From positions 12,680 to 76,679 of the forward strand of contig CAZQHU010000002.1 of NCBI GenBank assembly GCA_964592785.1: a stretch of 64,000 bases of DNA. The letters run 5' to 3'. Made by a program: the position numbers and the translations under genes. Under the pieces are notes generated by a model. The model saw only the letters and a list, made by a program, of their open reading frames with translations. It was not told the DNA's origin and did not search any database. Source of the DNA: an uncultured Gammaproteobacteria bacterium (GTDB taxonomy: Bacteria > Patescibacteriota > Patescibacteriia > Magasanikbacterales > UBA922). Positions 30,168 to 40,511 of this stretch are shown piece after piece (position 1 is the stretch's first letter; each line of letters opens with the position of its first letter).

Positions 30168-30921
30168 AAATTATTTGCAATAATTTATCCGGCATTTGCA
30201 AGTGTAAACCATGGCGTCCATTTTTAATTATTTCCAATTTTGAATTTTTAATCAATTCATTTAGCTTATAAGCATCTTTAATTGGTAAATAATTGTCCAT
30301 GGTACCCCAAATAATGAGCGCGGGTAGTTTAATTTTATTGGCTTCCTCTCCCCTATCTTGGCGGATGATTTTTTTAAATATTTCGCGTTTAATTCCCGAA
30401 CTATCATGATAATCATGAGCACCAATAGCTTTGTGGTAAATTTCTTCCGCCCAAAGTGAACCTTTTTCTATCCAAGGAATTTTAAAAATTAACTTACCAA
30501 ATTTGGCTCCAATATTAAAAATGATTCTTCTGAAAGTTTTTTTTGGTCTAAAAACCGCTGGTGCCACCAAAACAAGTTTATCAATCATTTCAGGATATTT
30601 ACTAGCAAAAACTGTCGCCACCTGCCCACCAAAACTATGGCCTAACAATATTACTTCGTCATTCTGAATCCGCCCTTTGGCGGACGAAGAATCTCTTTCG
30701 TTTAGATCTTTCGATTCTGTCTTGTTTCTCTCAAGGTGATTTCTTACAAAATCTACATACTCCTCTACCCCCCAAGTTGTCTCTGGGCAGGGCTCATCAC
30801 CAAAACATGGTAAATTAATTATCTCAACCTCAAAATATTTACTAGCTAAATTAGCAAATTCTTTCCAAGTTTCTTTGTTGCCTCCCCAGCCAGGGAGAAT
30901 TAGCAAAGATTTTTTATTCAT
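30151..30921 (-). CDS. Alpha/beta hydrolase-fold protein
   Basis: GHSFGG nucleophile elbow; 256 aa. Confidence 0.7.
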   Translation of the reverse strand: MNKKSLLILPGWGGNKETWKEFANLASKYFEVEIINLPCFGDEPCPETTWGVEEYVDFVRNHLERNKTESKDLNERDSSSAKGRIQNDEVILLGHSFGGQVATVFASKYPEMIDKLVLVAPAVFRPKKTFRRIIFNIGAKFGKLIFKIPWIEKGSLWAEEIYHKAIGAHDYHDSSGIKREIFKKIIRQDRGEEANKIKLPALIIWGTMDNYLPIKDAYKLNELIKNSKLEIIKNGRHGLHLQMPDKLLQIIYDFTN

Positions 30922-30924
30922 GCT

Positions 30925-32184
30925 TTATTTAATTACTTTTTTATCCAAATATTTTTTCAAAACTTTTGGCACTTTTATGTTGCCATCTTTTTGTTGGTAG
31001 TTTTCTACTACAACTAATGGCCAACGACTGGTATTTACAGCTGTGCCATTTAAAGTATGCACATATTCATTGGTGCCGTCAGCTTTTTTATATCTTATAT
31101 TCAATCTCCTCGCCTGATAATCTGTACAATTGGAACAACTAGTAATTTCGCCATAATCACCTTGAGGTGAGCTTGCCGAACCTTTCATTGGCATCCAAGC
31201 TTCTATATCATATTTTTTATAAGCCGGTCCACCCAAATCTCCAGAAGCAATATCAATCACTCGGTAAGCAATATCTAGTCCTTCAATAATTTCTTTTTCA
31301 ATGTCTAAAATTTCTTGATGATATTTTTCACTCTCTTCTGGCTTGCAATAAACAAACATTTCTAATTTTGTAAATTGATGAACTCGGTATAAACCTTTGG
31401 ATTCCTTACCATAAGCTCCAGCCTCAGTGCGAAAACAATGAGATAAAGCAACATATTTTTTTGGCCCAGCTGATAAATCCAAAATTTCATTCATATGATA
31501 GCCACCAACAGTAATCTCCGCTGTACCAATAAGACTTAGATCTGTATTTTCCAGACTATAAACCTGGGTTTCTGCCCCTCTGGGATTGAAGCCAATACCC
31601 TCCAAAACCTCATTTTTGGCCAAATCCGGGGTTTCTATCAAGGTGTAGCCATATTTGTTCACAACCTCTATTCCGTAGCTGATTAAAGCCATATTTAGCC
31701 TTACTAAGTCATTTTTTACAAAGTAAAATTTGGCTCCAGAAACTTTGGCTCCTCGTTCAAAATCTATCAAATCCAAATTTGTTAACAGAGTTTCATGATC
31801 TTTTGTTTCAAAATCAAACTTAGGCACTTTTCCACCAGTGGATACAATTTTGAAATCTTCTTCTCCACCAATTGGCGAAGTTGGATGAGTTAAGTTTGGC
31901 ACTTGTTTTAATAAAGAAAAATATTCAATCTCAATTGCTTGCAACTCAACTTCCAAAGATTTAATCCCCTCTCCTACCAAACGCATCTTGGCAATTTCTT
32001 CTTCATTTGGTTTACCTTTTGATTTTTCATTTCTAGTCGCTCTAAGATCTTCGATTCTTTTTATTATGCCTTTCCTTTTTTCATCCAAAGAAATTAATTT
32101 ATCTAAATCAACTTTGACTCGGCGATTGGTACAATTATTTTTTACCAATTCTAAATTTTCACGAATAAATTTAATATCCAACAT
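30925..32184 (-). CDS. serS: Seryl-tRNA synthetase
   Basis: N-terminal coiled-coil, and class II motifs FRTEAGAYGKESKGLYRVHQFTKLEMF. Confidence 0.93.
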   Translation of the reverse strand: MLDIKFIRENLELVKNNCTNRRVKVDLDKLISLDEKRKGIIKRIEDLRATRNEKSKGKPNEEEIAKMRLVGEGIKSLEVELQAIEIEYFSLLKQVPNLTHPTSPIGGEEDFKIVSTGGKVPKFDFETKDHETLLTNLDLIDFERGAKVSGAKFYFVKNDLVRLNMALISYGIEVVNKYGYTLIETPDLAKNEVLEGIGFNPRGAETQVYSLENTDLSLIGTAEITVGGYHMNEILDLSAGPKKYVALSHCFRTEAGAYGKESKGLYRVHQFTKLEMFVYCKPEESEKYHQEILDIEKEIIEGLDIAYRVIDIASGDLGGPAYKKYDIEAWMPMKGSASSPQGDYGEITSCSNCTDYQARRLNIRYKKADGTNEYVHTLNGTAVNTSRWPLVVVENYQQKDGNIKVPKVLKKYLDKKVIK

Positions 32185-32189
32185 AAATA

Positions 32190-32519
32190 CTAATTAATTT
32201 TTAAATATCTATTTAAAGCCTTGCGAATCGCCTCTTTTTCAACAGCAGTAAATTGTCTACTATCCTGCACTCTAATCCCTTCTTTTAATAAATAACCTGT
32301 CTTGACAGCCTCATCTTCTCCCACATAAGTGTCCATAGCCTCATGATCAAACCCATCGAAATCTGTACACCATAGTTTTATTGTTCCATTAAAAATCGAC
32401 CAACTCAATCTCTTACCGGCATCATAAAGAGTACGGAGTATGCCAGAACTTGTAGGAGATTCAACTGTAAAAATGTATGACAACTTTTCTGCCTCAAGAT
32501 CTGTTTCAAAATCGTTCAT
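32190..32519 (-). CDS. Hypothetical protein
   Basis: 109-aa acidic ORF with no recognised domain. Confidence 0.35.
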   Translation of the reverse strand: MNDFETDLEAEKLSYIFTVESPTSSGILRTLYDAGKRLSWSIFNGTIKLWCTDFDGFDHEAMDTYVGEDEAVKTGYLLKEGIRVQDSRQFTAVEKEAIRKALNRYLKIN

Positions 32520-33553
32520 AGTTTATGATTATCAATAACTTGTCTTAATTCTGGTAAAAACTTATCCAACATTTTATTATCCTCATATAAAAACTTAAAT
32601 TTTCTGTGTTCTTCCGGATTTATCCACTTTGCGTCCAAGACCTCAGCATCATTCAAGGATAGTTTTCCTCCCACAATCTTACAAACAAAAGGTACTAAAT
32701 AAACCTGGTAAGAAAAACTAGGAAAACTAAGATTTTTAACAGAAATACCTTGTAATTGTTTTATTATTTTTACTTTATAGCCCACTTCTTCTTGGACTTC
32801 TTTTACCACTGTGGATTCGGTATTCTGTCCAAAATCCACAATACCGCCGGGCAACTCCCATTTTCTGTGATTTTCTTTTCTGTGAGGATCATTACGAAGA
32901 GTAATTAACAATTTGCCATTTTTTATTATCAGAGCAATCGGTACCACAATATGCTTGGCACCGTACTGATTTTGTAAATAATATTTTATTTTAATAAGAG
33001 CCTTACCACGATGTGAACAAGAATTTTTTTCTTGTATATTCATCTGGCTAAAAGTTTTTTTTAGCTCATCTACATAAAAAATCGGATCATAAGTAAAACC
33101 GCCATTTTTGTTTATTTCTTTCAAAGTAATTTTGCCGTTAGTTTGACCCAAAGACAAGTACAGATCTTTGTTAGTTGGATTATAAAGAGCGCTGACATTG
33201 GCAAAAATTGCTTTTCTATTTTTTTTATTTTTTAAATTTTTCAAAATTATGCTTCTTCTTTCCTGGTCAGTCCTGCCAATTCTGGCTGAATGTACTCCTG
33301 GATAATTTTTTAAAGCTTTTATAAATAATCCTGAATCTTCGCTCAAGGTTATTAGTCCGGATTTTTCTCCATAATAAGTGGCTTTGAGAATAGCATTTTG
33401 TTCTAGGCTTTCTCCATTTTCATATGGTTCTTTTATTTTCTTTTTTAAATCACTCAAATTCAAATACTCAAATGGCAAATCAGCCAAAAAATGTAACATC
33501 TCTTTAAATTTTCCCTGATTGGTAGTGGCGATCAAAATTTTTTGTTTCTTCAT
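32516..33553 (-). CDS. Fusion protein: RdgB/HAM1 non-canonical purine NTP pyrophosphatase (N-terminal) plus a Nudix hydrolase (C-terminal)
   Basis: N-terminus MKKQKILIATTNQGKFKEM...YDPIF is the ITPase fold. C-terminus LPGGIVDFGQNTESTVVKEVQEEVG is a Nudix box. Confidence 0.75.
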   Translation of the reverse strand: MKKQKILIATTNQGKFKEMLHFLADLPFEYLNLSDLKKKIKEPYENGESLEQNAILKATYYGEKSGLITLSEDSGLFIKALKNYPGVHSARIGRTDQERRSIILKNLKNKKNRKAIFANVSALYNPTNKDLYLSLGQTNGKITLKEINKNGGFTYDPIFYVDELKKTFSQMNIQEKNSCSHRGKALIKIKYYLQNQYGAKHIVVPIALIIKNGKLLITLRNDPHRKENHRKWELPGGIVDFGQNTESTVVKEVQEEVGYKVKIIKQLQGISVKNLSFPSFSYQVYLVPFVCKIVGGKLSLNDAEVLDAKWINPEEHRKFKFLYEDNKMLDKFLPELRQVIDNHKL

Positions 33554-33969
33554 ACCAATCTTTCTATGTATTTTCTAATTTTACTAGTTTTAAATTTATT
33601 TTCTTGATAAGGAGATAGACGAACAATCGGAATTTTTAAATCAGCAGCAGTAATGGCACCTTCTAGTTTATCAACATAAACTTTTTGATCATAACCAAGA
33701 GCAATAATATCTGGCTTTATTTCTCTTATTACTTTATAAACATCAGTTTCGTCGCCCAAAATGACCTCATCCAATAATTTAATATTTTTTAAAAAATCTA
33801 GACGTTCATTTTCATCGTGTAGTGGTCCAATACCTTTTACCTTTTCAGTATTAGCATCACGCGCTACCACAGCAATTAATCTGTCCCCGTACTCTTTGGC
33901 CTCACGAAACATGTGTAAATGCCCAGCATGTACGATATCAAAAGTCCCAAAGATCATGACTGTCTTCAT
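33550..33969 (-). CDS. Cytidylyltransferase-like nucleotidyltransferase (TagD/RfaE domain II family)
   Basis: GTFDIVHAGHLHMF, the (H/T)xGH nucleotidyltransferase motif. Confidence 0.75.
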   Translation of the reverse strand: MKTVMIFGTFDIVHAGHLHMFREAKEYGDRLIAVVARDANTEKVKGIGPLHDENERLDFLKNIKLLDEVILGDETDVYKVIREIKPDIIALGYDQKVYVDKLEGAITAADLKIPIVRLSPYQENKFKTSKIRKYIERLV

Positions 33970-35036
33970 ATTTGGTTCTGTTCTTCATAAAGTGCGTCCA
34001 ATCGTCTAATTATTGATTTATTGGTCATTAATTTTTTTATTATTCGTTGCACTTCTTCTGGAATTTGTGAAGAATTACCTGGTTGTGTCATGAATTTTTG
34101 AAAATCTTCTTTAATTTTTTTTAAAGTTTCAGAAGGTCTTTTTTGTTCACCTCGAGAACTAATAGCCTGGTACATATCTGCCAGTTCTACCAGGGTAGCC
34201 AGTCTATCTGCTAAGGCATGAATTTCTGGATTGTCAGGAAGATTTTCAAGCAAATGACCATTTGGATTGTAAGAATAATTATGCATCCAACGATGATGAT
34301 TACCAACCAAAAAAATCAAAACAGGATCAACCGGCATCTCACTTCTTTCTTGATAAGCTTGTAAAACATCCAAAGAATATTGAAGATGTGAACCAAACAA
34401 ATCTTTCATTTTTTTATCCAAAAGACCTAAGGATTTCATCGTCTTGGTAACCCCTTCCTTTCTATCCAGAGGGATATGATTTTCTATAGCCTGAGCTATA
34501 GAGCATTCTGGTAAACTACTACCTTCTTTTTTATTTTTTTCAAAAATACTGAAAAGTAAAACAAAATCGTCATTCATTTCAGTTGGAATTTTTTGACCAT
34601 CAACCATTTCTGGACCAGTTTTACCAATGTCATGAAGTAAAGCGGCAGTAATAACTTTTCTTTCCAAAACTTGATAATCTGAACTGCCAGGTTTTTCGCG
34701 TAAAAAATGTGGCAACAAAATTTTTAAAATTTCTGCTAGTTTCAAACTGTGTTCAAGATGAGTTTCATTCTTTTTTACAACAATATTGCCTTCGGCGTCT
34801 TCGGCTTCATAAGTCTTATTATCAGAAGAAAGACAATTTCCATTGCTACATCTAGGTGTATCCAAAAGTTTTAATCGCTCTATTATTCCTGGTGGTAATT
34901 CTATTTGTTCTCTTTCCAGCACACTTAACAATTCTAAAATATTTTTAGAATTATTATCATATTGATCTCTGGAATCCACTCTCGGTAGTCTGCCCTCGAT
35001 TCTTGGTAACATGCCCTCCATTTCCATTCTGTTCAT
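33966..35036 (-). CDS. HD-domain phosphohydrolase
   Basis: AALLHDIGK and downstream His/Asp residues of the HD superfamily. Confidence 0.65.
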   Translation of the reverse strand: MNRMEMEGMLPRIEGRLPRVDSRDQYDNNSKNILELLSVLEREQIELPPGIIERLKLLDTPRCSNGNCLSSDNKTYEAEDAEGNIVVKKNETHLEHSLKLAEILKILLPHFLREKPGSSDYQVLERKVITAALLHDIGKTGPEMVDGQKIPTEMNDDFVLLFSIFEKNKKEGSSLPECSIAQAIENHIPLDRKEGVTKTMKSLGLLDKKMKDLFGSHLQYSLDVLQAYQERSEMPVDPVLIFLVGNHHRWMHNYSYNPNGHLLENLPDNPEIHALADRLATLVELADMYQAISSRGEQKRPSETLKKIKEDFQKFMTQPGNSSQIPEEVQRIIKKLMTNKSIIRRLDALYEEQNQI

Positions 35037-35049
35037 AGTTTATATTTTA

Positions 35050-36513
35050 TTATTTATCATTAGGTTTAACTAGTGGAAATATTACACATTCTCTAATCGG
35101 TTTGTTTTCCAAAAAAGAAAATAATCTTTCGGAAAAACCAAAACCGCAGGTTGGCGGCATACCATGTTCCAGAGCTTCTACAAAGTCATAATCGTGCATT
35201 TGAGCTTCACTATCCCCTGCCTCACGCATGGCAGCTTGTTCTTGGAATCTTCCAGCTTGATCAATTGGATCATTTAATTCTGAATAACCATTCCCTAATT
35301 CTGAACCGGCAATAATAATTTGAAAACGTTCAGTCAAATTTGGGTTATCAACTCTGCGTTTGGCCAAAGGTGAAACCATAACAGGAACATTAATCAGAAA
35401 TCCCGGACCTTTGAGAGAACGTCGACAATATTTCCAAATGGCGTCGATCAGACTGCTACGCCCCTCAGTTTCTTCATATTTGACTTCTAATTTTTTCAGT
35501 TCTTGTTTTAGCTCTTCGTCACTAGCTTGTAAGACATCCACCCCTGTTTTTTCTTTGATAGTGGAAACATAATCATATCTTTCCCACTTTTGGCCAAGAT
35601 CAATCTCCCCAAATTCACCAATAGTAAATCTTAAAGTTTCATAAGTTTCTTGTGCAATATGTTTGACCATCCTTTCCACTAAATCCATACCCATCTCATA
35701 ATTGGCGTAAGCCCAATAAAATTCCATTTGTGTATAATCTTGTAGATGCTCACGACTCATGCCCTCATTTCTAAATTGACGACCAATCTCAAAAGTTTTT
35801 TCAAAACCAGAGACCATGAGTCTTTTTTGCCAAAGCTCGCCCATAGAAATTCGCAGGTAAACATCTATATCCAAAGCATTATGATGAGTAACAAAGGGTG
35901 TGGCACTGGCGCCACCAGCTGTAGTTTCCAAAGCTGGAGTTTCTACTTCCAAAAATCCTTCTTTCAACAAAAATTGACGTGTACTATTCCAAAATCTACT
36001 CTTACGCACAAAAATTTGTTTGATTTCGGAGTCTGTTAAAATTTCTAAATAACGTTTACGTAAACGAATTTCTTCATCTTGAAGGCCATGAAATTTATCT
36101 GGCAAAGGGAGAAGAGCTTTGGTGAGCAGGAGCCACTCTTTCACCAAAATAGACTCTTCACCAGTGTGAGTAGTAAAACGTTCTCCTTTTACATAAATAA
36201 TATCACCAGTGTCTATTTTTTTAACAAACAATTTATAATTTTCTTTTTCTAAATTTTCATCTTTAAAAGCCAGCTGTATTTTACCGCTATTATCAAGGAT
36301 TGTACAAAAGGTCAATTTGCCTATTTCCCTCTTCAAAACAATTCTGCCAGCTACAGCTACAATTTCACCTGACTTTTTACCTAGAGCACTAATGGTCGTT
36401 TCTCTTGGTGGACAGCTAGCTGGAAAAGGATTAACCCCCAATTCTTTCAAATCTTTAAGTTTTTCCAAACGTACCTGACGTTCGTCGTTGATATTTAGAT
36501 TTTTTTTGTTCAT
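35050..36513 (-). CDS. lysS: Lysyl-tRNA synthetase (class II)
   Basis: FLEVETPALETTAGGASATPFVTHHNALDIDVYLRISMGELWQKRLMVSGFEKTFEIGRQFRNEG. Confidence 0.93.
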   Translation of the reverse strand: MNKKNLNINDERQVRLEKLKDLKELGVNPFPASCPPRETTISALGKKSGEIVAVAGRIVLKREIGKLTFCTILDNSGKIQLAFKDENLEKENYKLFVKKIDTGDIIYVKGERFTTHTGEESILVKEWLLLTKALLPLPDKFHGLQDEEIRLRKRYLEILTDSEIKQIFVRKSRFWNSTRQFLLKEGFLEVETPALETTAGGASATPFVTHHNALDIDVYLRISMGELWQKRLMVSGFEKTFEIGRQFRNEGMSREHLQDYTQMEFYWAYANYEMGMDLVERMVKHIAQETYETLRFTIGEFGEIDLGQKWERYDYVSTIKEKTGVDVLQASDEELKQELKKLEVKYEETEGRSSLIDAIWKYCRRSLKGPGFLINVPVMVSPLAKRRVDNPNLTERFQIIIAGSELGNGYSELNDPIDQAGRFQEQAAMREAGDSEAQMHDYDFVEALEHGMPPTCGFGFSERLFSFLENKPIRECVIFPLVKPNDK

Positions 36514-36547
36514 AATAATTTGGCTTATTTGTAAGATAATTTTACCA

Positions 36548-36590
36548 AAAAATCAAAAAAAATACAAATACCTCAACACGTGAGGTATTT
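36548..36590 (-). terminator. Intrinsic terminator downstream of greA
   Basis: Minus-strand hairpin aaatacctcacgtgttgaggtattt followed by a T-run. Confidence 0.65.
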
Positions 36591-36610
36591 GATTAAAATT
36601 TTGGCTTATT

Positions 36611-37078
36611 TTAGCTTATTTTCAAAATCTTATACACCTGGGTGCCAGCAGGTATTTCCACTTCCACTTTTTCTCCCTTCTTTTTACCCAGGAGGGCGCT
36701 GCCCAAAGGAGACTCATTGGAAATTTTCCCTTCCAAAGGATTGGCCTCTTGGGCACCAACAATTGTAAATTCTTTTTCTTTTCCGTGAGTTTCAACTTTG
36801 ACAGTGGCCCCGATAGTTACTTTTCCACTTTCATCCTGACCTGTCTGAATAATTTGGGCATTATCTAAAATTATTTGTATTTCTCCAATTCTTGATTGGA
36901 CCCAAGCTAATTCTTCACGAGCGGCATGATATTCAGCGTTTTCGCTCAAATCACCCATTTGTCTCGCTTCATCGATGCGTTTACGTAGTTGAGGAGCTTT
37001 ATTATTTTTTAAATCAGATAATTCTGTTTTTAACTCATCAATTTTTTCTTGGGACATGTATTGTGTTTGTTCTGACAT
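36611..37078 (-). CDS. greA: Transcription elongation factor GreA
   Basis: MSEQTQYMSQEKIDELKTEL...GDLSENAEYHAAREE; start moved to the internal ATG. Confidence 0.9.
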   Translation of the reverse strand: MSEQTQYMSQEKIDELKTELSDLKNNKAPQLRKRIDEARQMGDLSENAEYHAAREELAWVQSRIGEIQIILDNAQIIQTGQDESGKVTIGATVKVETHGKEKEFTIVGAQEANPLEGKISNESPLGSALLGKKKGEKVEVEIPAGTQVYKILKIS

Positions 37079-37174
37079 ATAAACAAAAATTAACAAAAAT
37101 ATTCCGCTTGAGGCGGACCACTTAAGTATAGACTTTAAAAAAACAAAGTACAACCCAATACCTGTGGATATGTT

Positions 37175-39184
37175 TTATTCTTGAATATTACGATAAAAAC
37201 TCCACCACTTATAAAAATCATAAGCAATTGGCGCAGCTGTGGCACTTCCTTCTCCTCCTTCCTCCACCAAAATGGTGAGAGTAATTTCGGGATTTTCAAA
37301 TGGTGCAAAAGAGGTAAACCAAGCATGATTTGGTTTTTTACTATTCCATTGTGCAGTTCCAGTTTTTCCGGCAACCGAAATTGGCAAGAGCGACAAACGT
37401 CTACAGGAACCATAATCTACACAATCTTTCATGCCCATCCTAATAGTTTTAATATTGTCTGGATTAATAAAGTTTTCATTCAAAATGGAACTTTCTACGG
37501 GTTGCTCTTCTTTGGTGATTGGATCAATAACTGCTTTAATGATTTCTGGTTTGTAAAGAGTTCCACCATTGGCAAAAACAGCGGTCATGGCTGCTACTTG
37601 TAAAGGTGTAACCAGGAGATCCCCTTGTCCGATTGAAAGATTATAAGTATCACCTACATACCATCTTTCATTTTTAACCCTTTCCTTCCATTCTTTAGAT
37701 GGCAAAAATCCTTTTTCTTCACCTGGTAGATCCAATCCTAAAATTTTTCCAAAACCAAATTTTTTTAAATACTCTGTGATTTTTTCTACTCCCAAACCCA
37801 TAAAGTTATTATAACCACCACCAATATAATAAAAGAAGGTATTGACCGACCAAGCCAGCGCTCTTCTGACATCTGTGGAGCCATGGCCACCGGCTTGCCA
37901 ATCTGGAAAAAACCATTGCCCTACTTGCAGGCCACCAGTACTCAAAAAAACTGTTTTAGCATTAATAATCCTCTCCTCCATGGCTGCTGCAGCAATTGCT
38001 GGTTTGATAGTTGATCCCGAAGGAAAAATTCCGCTGTAAGCTCGACTAAAAAGAGGTTGATCAGGATCATTTAAATAATTATTGTAAATTTCTTTTTTGA
38101 TACCGCCAGAAAAATCATTATTATCAAAAGTTGGTAAACTAACCAAGGCTAACACTTGACCATTATTAGGATCAAGAACAATAGCGCTAACCCGGCGTAA
38201 ATTGGAATTTTTTAAATAAGACAAAATTATCTCTTCCAATTTATTTTGTATGATTTTATCTATACTTAATTCTAAATAAAAACCAGGAACTGGTGCTTCT
38301 TCAGCCAAAACAGTTTGTTCACGACCAGCAGCATCCACTTCTATTCTTTTACGACCATAGGTACCTCTAAGAAAAGTTTCATAACTTTTTTCAATCCCAG
38401 TTTTACCAATTAAATCTGAAGGATAATAACCTTCTGAATATAGACTTTTCAATTCGTCTTTGTTTAATTTACCAATATAGCCAACCACATGTGATAAAGA
38501 ATTGGGTGTTGAGGTGGTAATTTCTTCTGTTTGGGTATTTAAATAAAGACGTTTGCTACCGCGTTGAATTTGAATACCAGGCAAATCATCTCCCAGGGCA
38601 ATTAAAATAGACAGAGCTGTATCATATTCTAAATTTTCTTTGATAACTATAGATTCATAAGTGTAATCCTTGTATTCTTCCAATAAAGCACGGATTTCTT
38701 CCACGGAAATACCAGTCAATGAAGAAAGTTTTGAAATAATATTTTCTCTCAATTCCACTGATCGAGGCAAGGATTGAGGAATTATAGCCAAAGAAAAATT
38801 TGGGATATTCTTGGTCAAAGATAAACCGTTGCGGTCATAGATTAATCCTCGTTCAGCTGGAATAGGTACAATGCGTTGGCGATTATTTTCAGCCAGAACT
38901 CGATTATCAGTACCCTGAATAATTTGTAAATAAAAAAGTCGTAAAAAAATAAAAAGGAAAATTATGAATACAGATAAAAATAAAAAAAATAACCGTCGAG
39001 CAGTGAAACTATTGCCCAAATATTCTCTAGTGTAGTTGGAAAATTTTTTTTGTTTACCGTAAGCTTTTTCAAAATAAAAAGACTCTTCAACCCAGTCTTC
39101 GTGAAAATTTTCGGAAAATTTTCCTACTGAAATTTCTCCGCCTGATTTGAATAGATCTTTTTTAACTTCTTCCATAAATACCAC
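37175..39184 (-). CDS. mrdA: Penicillin-binding protein 2 (elongasome transpeptidase)
   Basis: N-terminal TM helix, a dimerisation domain, and transpeptidase motifs STIK (SxxK) and KTGTAQ. It lies downstream of mreBCD. Confidence 0.88.
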   Translation of the reverse strand: MVFMEEVKKDLFKSGGEISVGKFSENFHEDWVEESFYFEKAYGKQKKFSNYTREYLGNSFTARRLFFLFLSVFIIFLFIFLRLFYLQIIQGTDNRVLAENNRQRIVPIPAERGLIYDRNGLSLTKNIPNFSLAIIPQSLPRSVELRENIISKLSSLTGISVEEIRALLEEYKDYTYESIVIKENLEYDTALSILIALGDDLPGIQIQRGSKRLYLNTQTEEITTSTPNSLSHVVGYIGKLNKDELKSLYSEGYYPSDLIGKTGIEKSYETFLRGTYGRKRIEVDAAGREQTVLAEEAPVPGFYLELSIDKIIQNKLEEIILSYLKNSNLRRVSAIVLDPNNGQVLALVSLPTFDNNDFSGGIKKEIYNNYLNDPDQPLFSRAYSGIFPSGSTIKPAIAAAAMEERIINAKTVFLSTGGLQVGQWFFPDWQAGGHGSTDVRRALAWSVNTFFYYIGGGYNNFMGLGVEKITEYLKKFGFGKILGLDLPGEEKGFLPSKEWKERVKNERWYVGDTYNLSIGQGDLLVTPLQVAAMTAVFANGGTLYKPEIIKAVIDPITKEEQPVESSILNENFINPDNIKTIRMGMKDCVDYGSCRRLSLLPISVAGKTGTAQWNSKKPNHAWFTSFAPFENPEITLTILVEEGGEGSATAAPIAYDFYKWWSFYRNIQE

Positions 39185-39707
39185 CTTCGATAATGGCAGC
39201 GCTCAATCTTCTAGAAAAGCGCGACATAATCAAATAAAAAAATAAAACTACTAAAGCTGTAAAAAATGTTTCCCAAAACCAGGTAACAAATAGTAAATCC
39301 CAAAAAATAAAATCGATTATATTTAAAATATATAAAATTAAAATTCCCAATAAATATAATAATCTAAAAAAAGTGACGGTAAAAATAGCCAAAACTGTGG
39401 AGGCATACCAGGAACGGTTGGTAAAAATATTACGATAAAGCCAAAAACTAACCAAAAAAGCACAGGTACTTGAAAACAAAACCAAACCAAAAGGACTGGC
39501 ATTGAAAAGTTCCAAAAGAAAATGAGAAAAAAAGACTAGCCAGACAACCATCCCAGAGTCAGACCACAAAAGCCATAAAATAAAAAAGGCAAAAAGAAAA
39601 TTAAATTTAGAAAAAGGAAAAGGTAAAAGATATGTTAAACCAAGATGTAAAGCAGTGAAGAAAATTAAGATAAAAAAAATGGCTATAAAACGAAACAGAA
39701 TGCGCAT
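39162..39707 (-). CDS. mreD: Rod shape-determining protein MreD
   Basis: 181-aa polytopic membrane protein between mreC and mrdA. Confidence 0.65.
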   Translation of the reverse strand: MRILFRFIAIFFILIFFTALHLGLTYLLPFPFSKFNFLFAFFILWLLWSDSGMVVWLVFFSHFLLELFNASPFGLVLFSSTCAFLVSFWLYRNIFTNRSWYASTVLAIFTVTFFRLLYLLGILILYILNIIDFIFWDLLFVTWFWETFFTALVVLFFYLIMSRFSRRLSAAIIEGGIYGRS

Positions 39708-39708
39708 A

Positions 39709-40506
39709 TTAATTAGAGATAATAACGCTAACCATAAAAATTTTGTTCAAATCAAAAAAAGGCGTAAGAATAGCATTTTGAAAAGGCTGATAAGCTTCTT
39801 TTTCTACAGTTTCCACCCTACCAATCAAAAGACCTTTGGGAATTTTTTCTTCCAAACCAGATGAAACCACTGAGTCCCCCACGTTGATAATTTCATTTTG
39901 TGGAATATAATTTAAATAAACGCTTATACCATAGCCACCTTCTACAAGACCTAGACTTTTATCTTTGTTTATCACCGTAGCAGCAATTTTACTTTGGTTA
40001 TCATTAATTAAACGGATAACAGAAGTTTTTTCTTGAACTTTGGCTATTGTGCCGACCAATATTCCCTGATTGACTATGACTGGGTTGCCAACCTGGAGGT
40101 CACTATCTTCACCACGATTGATGATTATGGTGTTTCCCAGAGTATCAATATTTTTACCAATTACTTCCGCTCCGACAGTTTGCCAAGATTTTTTTTGTAA
40201 AAAACTTAACTGTTCCCGCAATTCGTTATTTTCATCTTCCAATAATTTTTTTTGAGTGCTGTCAATTTTATTTTTTAAAAATTCTTCTTTCAAAGTAAAA
40301 TAAGCTTCTCGCCACTCCTCCAAAGTGGAAAATTGTTGTTCTCGATTTTGGATATTTATATTCCAATCATACATTTCCTGTGAAACTGGGGTAATAATTG
40401 ATCGTAAAAAATTTTCCAATCCTGAAAGCCAACCTAAATAATGAAAAAAAATTGTTAAAAAAATAACAAAAACTATAGATACTAAAGTTCTCATTTTTTT
40501 ATTCAT
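39709..40506 (-). CDS. mreC: Rod shape-determining protein MreC
   Basis: N-terminal TM helix, coiled-coil, and MreC beta-domains (GDSVVSSGL...GLLIGRV). Confidence 0.85.
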   Translation of the reverse strand: MNKKMRTLVSIVFVIFLTIFFHYLGWLSGLENFLRSIITPVSQEMYDWNINIQNREQQFSTLEEWREAYFTLKEEFLKNKIDSTQKKLLEDENNELREQLSFLQKKSWQTVGAEVIGKNIDTLGNTIIINRGEDSDLQVGNPVIVNQGILVGTIAKVQEKTSVIRLINDNQSKIAATVINKDKSLGLVEGGYGISVYLNYIPQNEIINVGDSVVSSGLEEKIPKGLLIGRVETVEKEAYQPFQNAILTPFFDLNKIFMVSVIISN

Positions 40507-40511
40507 AAGGG

